Part shown: one piece after another, positions 54,383-64,000 of the stretch
Position numbering within the stretch: position 1 is the first letter of the stretch
How the letters are laid out: every line of letters begins with the position of its first letter
Assembly: GCF_006345805.1 (NCBI RefSeq)
Contig: NC_042999.1
Location: forward strand, 84,444,001 to 84,508,000
Reading direction: 5' to 3'
Origin: Octopus sinensis
Taxonomy: Eukaryota
Length of the DNA: 64,000 bases
Position numbers and translations under genes: made by a program
Notes under the pieces: generated by a model
What the model saw: the letters and a program-made list of their open reading frames with translations, nothing else
Database searches by the model: none
What the model was told of the DNA's origin: nothing

Positions 54383-54960
54383 CGGGGAAGAAAGCTTTAT
54401 CAGGTATTAGAAGCAACTTCCAAGAATTATAGACGTCTTCATAATGCATGGTTTCTTGAATTTTATCAAAATCTTGTGTGTTTAGTAGTGAGTGGCTGAA
54501 GATAATTATCTTCTTGTAGAAGCCCAATCTCCGTCATGTGATATCATCTACTGTTTAATATTATTAAATGACAGATTCATATTAATCACATTCAAATGAA
54601 ACATCGTACATCGGAGCCAGACATGAAATCGTGATCCTTATGCTAAAGACCGAAGAGCTAAGTAATATTTCAAGTCATTCTTGTAATTCACACGAACGGC
54701 TGTGAAGGCAATTTTTGTAGAAATATTACGTTTACTGGATGAATAATTTGCTATATTTAAATATACAATGTATTCATGGTGTAATAAAAATATATTGTGC
54801 TGAACGGCTTTCTGTCATTAATTTTTTGTTATTTGCATAATACATGGCTTCGAAATAACAATTCTATAATGCTTAACAATTATTCACTTCACGCCTTTTC
54901 ATAGGGGATGGATTTAAGAAGAAAATCGGATGCAAATACATAGAATGAATTACTGTTAAT

Positions 54961-55670
54961 ATATTAGCCACTTAAGGCGGCGAGCTGGCAGAAACGTTAG
55001 CACGCCTGGCGAAATACTTAGCGGCATTTCGTCTGTCTTTATGTTCTGGGTTAAAATTCTGACAACGTCGACTCCGCCTTTCATTCTTTTGGGGTCGATA
55101 AGTTAGGTACCAGTTGCGTACTAGTATCGATCTAATTGTCTGGCCCCCGACCCAAACATTGCAGGCCTTCTGCTTAGAGGAGAAAATAATATTTCAGCCA
55201 TTGAGAAGGGGGCGAGTTGGCAGAATCTTTATCACGCTGGGCAGAATGCTTTGTAGCATTTTTATCCGGCTTTGCGTTCTGGGATCAAATGGCACCGAGG
55301 TCGTCTTTGACTTTCATCATTTTCGGAATCGATAAAAACAAGCATCAATTGAGTATTGGGGTCGATGTAATCGACTTATCCCTTCCCATGTAACTGAAGG
55401 CCTCGCGTCCAATTTTGAAACTATTATTTTATTCACTGAAGTCGGCGAGCTTGCAGAATCGTTAACATGCCGGGTAAAATGCATAGCAACACTTCATCTG
55501 TCTTTCTGTATCTGAGTTCAAATTCTGCCAAAGTCAACTTTAACTTTCATCATTTCAGGGTCGATAAAATAAGTATCAGCTGAGCACTGAGGTCGATGTA
55601 ATCGACTTGCTCCCTCCACCAGAAGTTGCTGGCTTTGTACCAAAAATTTGAAACCAATATTTTAGCCACT
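54961..55670 (+). mobile_element. Three head-to-tail SINE family A copies (starts 54974, 55206, 55439)
   Basis: Each begins aag(g/t)(c/g)ggcgag(c/t)t(g/t)gcagaa; period about 232 bp. Confidence 0.88.
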
Positions 55671-56348
55671 AAATGATATTCTTAATATGGCATTGATTAT
55701 TGCTAGAGGTATGAAAGCCGTAAGCTGTACATCAGTAAAACACCTGACTGAAACAATGCCGGTCCAAAATAGTTAACGTGTACCGTGGCAAATTAACAGA
55801 GCAAGACATAGAAAGCAAATCCACTTTCGCTAATACAACAAAAGCAGCACCCGCAAGATTATACAAAATCCACAAAGCGTATTTTATAACAATCAAATGC
55901 AATCTAGTTATAAAATAGATGACTATATCATTAAAATTATGCGTACAGTCAGCTAAAGCTATTAGGCCGAACCTGAAAATTTCGGTCTAATGGGTTCGGC
56001 TGAATGAATAAATTTCTTTATATTGCGCATATGATAATGGGTAATATTTTTCTGTTCGCTGTTTCTAATGCTTATGCATGTGTGTGTATGTGCCTCTGTG
56101 TGTGTGTTGGTGTATGTGCATGTAATTATATGCTTAAGTGAGTGAATGTGTGCGTCTGTGTGTGTGTGTGTGTTAGCGCGTGTGTGTATATATATAAAAC
56201 AGCTTCAATTTTGCGTAGATATTTTAAACATCACTGCTATATTCTTCCCCGTTCGAAACGTGTTACAAGCACAAAAGTATACAAGCATCCCTATATATTA
56301 GGAAATGCAATGATATGCATATGCACACACACATCCACACACGCACCC

Positions 56349-56392
<44 letters not shown>

Positions 56393-56400
56393 TTACATAT

Positions 56401-56449
<49 letters not shown>

Positions 56450-56985
56450 ATATATATATATATATTTTTATATATATGTTTGGTTGTGTGCTTGCATGCA
56501 TATTAATATATATTTGCGTTTGATGCGTATTTATATGTACGAATTGTAACATTTCATATCCACAAAAATATTCAATAAAATCCTCAAGATCCAAGGCAGT
56601 ACCGACTCAAGTATCTACAACAAATATCTAACCTTGTATTTGCTCATTGTTTTTCAGAAGATAAGAGCCTGCGTATGATATTAGACAGAGAAAAGGTACA
56701 TTTCTAATAAATATCACATGACTTTCAGAATAATGAAACACCTTAAAATCTAATAACATTACCAAAGTATTTATCGGTTTATTGACTCTTTTTGCACACA
56801 TGTTTGTCCTTACACATTCATGCACGTTTATATTAAAATTGAGAATACAAAATTGTATGAGTATGTGTGTAAGTCTGGTGTGCGTTTATTTCATGTGCAT
56901 TGTATTTACGCGCGGTGCCGCCTGTGTGCTATATACGATGTATGCTATAATATATATACAATATACAGACACATTTATTTATACG

Positions 56986-57045
<60 letters not shown>

Positions 57046-57211
57046 CGTACATAAATATTACATTTGTATACACGCGTAAACACGTAGAGTTACAACATGC
57101 AAACATACACACAAACACGCACACACACACACACGCAAACACACACACACATATATATATATATACACACACATATATATCTATATATACATACACCAAC
57201 CCTCACACACA

Positions 57212-57252
<41 letters not shown>

Positions 57253-57254
57253 TA

Positions 57255-57288
<34 letters not shown>

Positions 57289-57593
57289 CACGAGTGTGTG
57301 TGTGTGTGAAATTCTTCAATCAAAGACAGAGATAGATGTCATGAAAGAAGGAAAATCAGAAGATAACGTGAGATAGTAAGATCGATAATCGATAGAGTGA
57401 AGGATATGTATTCCTAAGTGTTTCCTCACTGCACTTTACATACCTAAACATTTGTAGTGTTCTACATTTGCTAATTCCGAATTTAATATTTCCTGATTTC
57501 CTTATATATATAAGTACAGTGGCATACATATCCTCTCTCACGAAATCAAGCATACCTCTCTCCACCCCCTCTCTCTCTCTCTTTCTGTGTGTG

Positions 57594-57666
<73 letters not shown>

Positions 57667-60432
57667 ATGTGCGTGAGTACATGCGTATGTGTAATTGTGT
57701 GTTTTGTGAGTATAAGCTACGCATATAGTGAACGATCGATGATTGAAGGTTTATGTGGGTTTCTATGTGCGTATGGGTGTTTCGCCAAATAGAATGTGTG
57801 TACTAAATACAGACTGTAGAGTGGATATATTTATTGTAAATCTAATGAAGAATAGATTTTCTTTTCCCAACCTAAATTTCGCAGTAAACATGACCACATT
57901 CAGATGTGTAGCTGTCATATTTTCTGTGCCCTTCCAGCTGTGCCAATTATATGTATTTCCATGCACTCTTTCCGTAACAGGTTTAACTTTTATACATTAG
58001 AAATATTTTACATTGGCTTGCTGATATCTATATAACTCATCTTCACTTTACTTAGAGAAAATTATATCAAACATTAAATGTCTATTTGGCTGTGAATCAA
58101 TTCCATAATATTTTTGCATGTTCATTTTACAATGGAAATTGCCGTTTCTGCCATATACCTTTAACCCTATTCCTAACAGATCATTGTTACACCATATCCT
58201 CCACAGTGGGAGTGAAACTCCCATCTGCTAACTCTTTATTGGAATTTAGTATAAACTTGAAATTTTACGTGGTGGTAGGCTAATTCAAAGGCATTTAAAT
58301 TTTCTATTGAATTGGCTACTGTGACATCATAAATACTGCTGGCGTCAGCAATTCCAGGATACCTTCCGAAAATATCTGCAATTTATGGGATACCTTCCAT
58401 AATACCTTTCGATTATGAATTTGCCGCTTTGTTCATGTGAGTCCTTAACTTAGCCTAGGGATGGTACATGACACATGAAAAATGCATTATAATTGCAATC
58501 TAGTATTACACCAGTAAAAAGAAATCTTACTTAAGGCAATAGACAGTGTATATATATATACATAGATGCAATTTCAGAAAGCAAAATTTCAGAGAATTAC
58601 AATGTGACAACAAACCTGTTAAATTTAAAGAACGCAGGCATGATAATAGACAAACTCCAAAAACGTATCAAGTGTATTAAAACTGAGTTAAAAAAGCTCA
58701 GTATCACAACTTTTGCCGTTTTGAATAAAATTTAAAGGAGAAAAACAGGAGTGGGGCCATATTTACTCCTACCTGTAGGAAATAAGCTTGTTAATTTACA
58801 GGAAAACAAAAGACGAAGACGGGTGTATAAACAACAAGCAGGTATTCGAGCACGAGGAAACAACAACCAGGTGTATTAGTTTGACGCTCGGGAAGGTGAA
58901 AAAAGTCTTTTACGTTTAGAGCCTAAAATTTCTGCACATTTTGCGTCTTTAAAAAGTTTTTGCATGTGGAATATATTTATATTGAGCACCGGGAATAATG
59001 GCATTAATTGTTTCTTCAGCACTGTTACGTATTATGCACTAAATTACTAAATTATTGTCTTTTGCTTCATTACATTTTTATAGTATATTCTTCTGAAAGG
59101 CTTTGATTACACTGTCTAACAAAATTTGTATTTCATTTACTTATTAATTTTTATGTCTGGCCAAATGTGTTATTTCTTCTCTGGTTCTATCTAGAAACCA
59201 AAAGATAGGATTACTATTCCTTTCAAGCTATGCTTTTGTGACCCGGGTATCGATGTTTTGAAATTGATCTATCTTCTCTCCCATTTCAGACAGATTCAGC
59301 GCTGAGTTACTGAAGCAGAAATATCGCTATAGGAAATATTTTGCTTAAAACCACAGATTTTCTTGTTAGTTACTTGACCTTAACCATTTGAGCATCTCCG
59401 TTAGTGGTTGACAATATGTGCATCTCTGGGCATGAGCAGGAGTGATGGGGGAGCATCCTAACCATGTGTTGAAAAGGATTCTTTGGAGTTTGAGTAAATA
59501 TATCAAAACAGAGTTTGAAAGAAATATTAGCCATTTTTTAATATTTTCTTGAGGTAAACAAATAGGAAATAACAGTTACTGCCCCAAGGACAAAAATGAT
59601 GTTACACAGTGTCATGCACCGAAATGAAGAAGCCTTTAAACTTAGTTTGGAGTCTTCTGCTTCTTGATCGTTGCTGCAATATTTACTCAGTCCTATTCTC
59701 CTTTGCAGCTTTACTTTAGTTTATACATTTGGCTTTTACCTTCTATCGTCTTACCATTATATTTTGTAGCCTCTCATTCAGCTTTGTTTCGTTTTCTTTT
59801 CATAATGTTTGTTCTTTCTCTTTTCTTCTCACAAGTATTTCTTGCGCCATCTCACTTTCTAAAAGTTGACTTCATCGAAGACACAAATTTGTCCGTTGTC
59901 TTGTTTGTGTTCTGTAATAGTTATTTGCATTAGTTTTCTATTATACTTTACTTAATATATTAGTAATCCAACAGAGAATATTTTATAATAGTTTTCTAGT
60001 AACAGACATTCTCTGCTTAACCAAATTGTTGATAAATATAATCTTTCTGCATTTGAATTTGTTTAGTGTATTCTAAATTCAGTCAATTATTTTTCTTAGT
60101 TTTCTGTCTCGTCTTGCTAATTCACTTAGTCCATGGTTGAAAATAACATTCCTAACACTTGAGAAGATAGAGTATTCATGCCGATAGCCCAATATTGGCA
60201 TTTAGCTTTGTTTAAGTATTGGCTATTTGTGGTCTGTGTTTGTATATATTTGTGAATGAATCACAGCATTTGGTACAACGGGGAATATAGACAATTATGT
60301 TTAATAAAATCATTAGTATTTGAGGATTGCCGGCGTATGTATCTGAAACAAATATTTAAACGCCTATTTTCTCATGGTTCTTTAAATGGTTAAAGCCAAT
60401 ATGTGGTGTAAGAGGCACAGAGAGAGAGAGAA

Positions 60433-60464
<32 letters not shown>

Positions 60465-61779
60465 CTGACATACAGACAGACAGACAGACAGAGAAAGAGA
60501 GAACATAGATTTATAATAAATAACATAATGCATATCTTTCAGAATAATAAAACAACTTAAAATCTAATAACTTAACCGATGTATTCTTCAATTTAATGAA
60601 CATTTTCACTCACACATGCATAAGCGTGAATATCCATGAATTGGTATGTATGCTAAAATACTCAATTGCATTGAAAGTTGAATGCGTATGTGGGAGGTGC
60701 GTGTGTGTATGTACGTGTGTGTAAGTACACACACAGGCACGCATACACGTATGCACACACACATGCAAGTACACGCACACACACATATATGTTCTCTTCT
60801 GTTTCTAGTTATATAAATTCCTTCTAACAGGAAGTAACAGGAATCTAGCAACGATACAAAGCTCCATCGTTGGAATGTAGATAATAAAAACAATGTCACA
60901 TTTTAAACGTGAGAAAAATCTTGTATGTTTCTACTCTTCCACTTACTATATTTGTAATGTGTGAATTAATCGGCTAATCTCTTCTCCTGAAAACTTAGCT
61001 TCTCTAGTTTGACACTTAGGCGTTTACTCACAAAACCAAAAGCACCAGTTGTTATTGGTATAAATATATGAATTATAATCTGGACATAAAAGCTGGAGGC
61101 TTCGTGGCAGTTGTCCATAGTTGTGCTCTTTCGTTCTGATGTTCAAAAATATATTAGCATCATATATATTTGTGTATGCACGTATGTATGAATGTACGCA
61201 TGTATGTATGTATGTACGTATGTATGCATGCATGTATGTATGCATGCATGCACGTATGTATGTAGTATGTATGTATGTATGTATGTATGTATGTATGTAT
61301 GTATGTGTATGGGCAGGCATGGTTGTATAGATGAGAAATTTGTTTCATATCCATGTCGCTTCCAGATCATCCCTTTTTGCGCGGTTTCTTGGTCAAGTGA
61401 CATCAGTTATATCCCTGGATGACGGGCTCTGTATACCGTGGTTGGTGATGATAAGACACCCGCTAAGGATGCGTGACTAGCAATCTTTAATGGACAGGAC
61501 CCAGCTATGGTCTCCTTTTCTAAGCCACATTTTTTCTGCAGCTCATCTCTTTCACGGTTTCATGTGTTGTTTTGTTCAAAAATAATATTCGTGTGGACTT
61601 TCGCTTTCAACTTGATTTTCTTTTCTCTATTAGGGTCTTTTACATCAGAAAGCCATGCAAGGACTTGATTTCCTTCAAAACACTATCTTCCAGGCCTCTT
61701 CCACTTTCCTTCTTATGTTACCTCTTGTACGAAGGCACCCATGCATAACCGTTACTTTTCTAGTTTTTCTCCCCATCCT

Positions 61780-61890
61780 CCTCTTCCTCCTCCTCATCCT
61801 CCTCATTATCCTCATCATCATCACCATCATCATTACCATCATCATCACCATCATCATTACCATCATCATCATCATCTTCATCATTATCAT
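61780..61890. repeat. (CCT)n/(CAT)n trinucleotide low-complexity tract
   Basis: Direct inspection. Confidence 0.9.
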
Positions 61891-63215
61891 CCTTATCGTG
61901 GACGTATACCTTACCATTATTTTGTTTTCTATTTCTTTAACTATTTTTTACAGTGTGAATTATTTGAGAGGATAATGTTTCCGAACATCATGTTACGTAA
62001 ATTTCTTAGCTCACGATATGAAAATTGTTATCAATACTTCCTAGTCCTGCCCTGCTTTTATACTTGATGGATTTTTCCATCAACCTAATTGTTGTTTTGA
62101 AGCCTACATTTTATTTCAATTTCGTTTCCCTTTCTTTTGCTTGTATAGAAACAATTACTTTTCTATTGTTTTTATTGAACTAGTTCTTTCGATTTATTTC
62201 TGAATGCTAATGCGTTTCCTTTTCTGGTACGTGTATAAATTATTTGATTGTTTTTTTTTATTAAAAATCATATAAGTGTCTAACAAGTATTATTTGTACT
62301 TACAGCTGTTTTCTTTGCATTTATATCCCCATTTCGCTTTGATTTGTTTATATGTACACAACGTTTATGCACATATTACATATTATTTTAGCAGCATATT
62401 TTGAATAATATATTCGCAATTATTTCTGTGAAATAACAATTAACTGTTTGCGGTTAGTTTTGAAGTTGGCGATGAATGGAAGTCTACTATTAGTATTATT
62501 ATTCTTATTTCTTATCATAAGCAGCAGCGACAGAGGCAACAGCAGCCGTTCAAGAATTTAGACCTGGAGATCTCCATTTCCAGCGATTTCGAGGGCCACC
62601 TCCCAGTGGTGTCGGGCGTCAACGAAGAGCCTGCGACTACAACAAGACGACCAAACTTTTTTATTTTTCCAAGGTCTGGGGTGTCCCGCCCCTAAGCTCT
62701 AGACCATCACCTAATCACCCTTATCCGTCTTGTTGCTTAACAAAAACAACAACAACAGCAGCAGCAGCATCCTTTTCATCGTTATCATATTCGGTCTCTT
62801 CGCCTTTCGATGTTCACTAGCCGATATTGAGTTTCAAAATAAGTTGAAATTCCGTAAACTTAGGTATAAAGGACATTTTTCGTAATCCTTTTATGCACGC
62901 AAACAGATTTTCTGTAGCACCAGGATATTCATCTCAATATTCAACATCGTCAATTAGCCATACAACTTGCTTTGCACAGTCCCTAAACGTTCTATTGCAA
63001 TTGGGATAACAATAACTTAATTCCAGATTCTTCGGAGATTGAACAAGTGCCGATTGTCTGTTCCACAAGCACTTCGTCTTGTGCTAGGTCCTGATAGTTC
63101 TCAATTTTCAAAGCTTTATTAATATTCATTTAACTATCATATAGTGTTGCAATGTCAATGATCTTCGGCTTTTCCTATCTTAAAGGCCATATCCGGTCTC
63201 CTTGCTTCATGGACA

Positions 63216-63420
63216 TTCTTTTATTTGTTTCAGTCATTTGACTGCGGCCATGCTGGAGCACCGCCTTTAGTCGAGCATATCGACCCCAGAACTTATTCTT
63301 TGTAAGCCTACTACTTATTCTATCGGTCTGTCTTGCCGAACCGCTAGATGACGGGGATGTAAACACACCAGCATCGGTTGTCAAGCAATATTGATGGGGG
63401 ACAAACAGACACACAAACAT
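63216..63420 (-). mobile_element. SINE family B 3' tail
   Basis: ttgtttcagtcatttgactgcggccatgctggagcaccgcc...gacaaacagacacacaaac matches 25583-25790. Confidence 0.85.
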
Positions 63421-63432
63421 ATATATATGTAT

Positions 63433-64000
63433 AACGTAAGGTGTATTAGCCATCTGAATGTAGCTAGCCACTGGCGGGGGGGGGGGGTGTTACTGATGCT
63501 TTTAGCCCCAGGCGATCAACGTCACCAGAAGGACTTTAGACACTATCTCAGTGACCTTGTGTTATTTGCAAAGAGAGGTCATCCTCCCTCGAAGACCCGA
63601 GTACTACATACGGACTATAGTTTCAAGGTAATTGCCTTTCGTCAACGCATGGTAAACACCGGTCTTCGATGAAGGAGTCCTCTTGCAAATAAATATATAA
63701 CGTTTTTCACAGCAACCACTGACACTGATTTAGAAAAACTGTCTGAAAACAATAATAAATCTCTGAACGAGATATAAACAGTAACCGCTCGACAACGTAA
63801 GGTGTATTAGCCATCTGAATGTGGCTAGCCACTGGGGGGGTGTTACTGATGCTTTTAGCCCCAGGCGATCAACGTCACCAGAAGGACTTTAGACACTATC
63901 TCAGTGCCCTTGTGTTATTTGCAAAGGGAGGTCATCCTCCCTCAAAGACCCGAGTACTACATACGGACTATAGTATCAAGGTAATTTTGCAAATAACACA
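63433..64000 (-). mobile_element. Partial-tandem pseudo-LTR (361-bp period) with a hammerhead; an inverted segment starts at the window edge
   Basis: 63433-63633 is repeated at 63794-63986. 63987-64000 is the exact reverse complement of 63911-63924. Confidence 0.75.
63607..63651 (-). ncRNA. Minimal type I hammerhead candidate with U3 core
   Basis: CATGCG-TTGACGA-AAGG(CAATTA)CCTT-GAAA-CTATA-GTC-CGTATG: 6-bp stem I, 4-bp stem II, palindromic stem III, GUC triplet. Confidence 0.72.

Noticed and set aside
58865-58926. Possible pLTR remnant ending ...ttttacgtttagagccta
   Set aside because: GAAA is mutated and the sequence is truncated before any core.
61655-62067. Poly-His/Pro and poly-Met ORFs
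   Set aside because: They arise from the (CCT)n/(CAT)n tract and show no domain.

Overview
AT-rich, microsatellite-dense metazoan DNA with no convincing host exon; it looks intergenic or deep-intronic. The SINE families and (TA)n/(ATAC)n load suggest an octopod cephalopod (inference, not searched). Recognisable coding content is all decayed transposable elements: an R4/Dong-clade LINE beside a (TAA)n tract (1-3445), a full-length frameshifted DD34D mariner with TIRs and TA TSD (30985-32273), a DD37D maT fragment, L1/Tx1-like and CR1-like RT relics, and two Penelope-like (GIY-YIG) fragments. Many tRNA-derived SINEs are also present. The main unexplained signal is a set of at least six sequence-unrelated type I hammerhead-ribozyme folds (7.4, 16.5, 26.3, 42.2/43.2, 52.7/53.1 and 63.6 kb, plus a weaker one at 29.4 kb). 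Nearly all have a palindromic stem III, and several sit in tandem or fold-back pseudo-LTR arrangements. One Penelope family carries a tRNA-like Pol III promoter built in between its GIY-YIG ORF and its hammerhead. All folds and alignments were made by eye.
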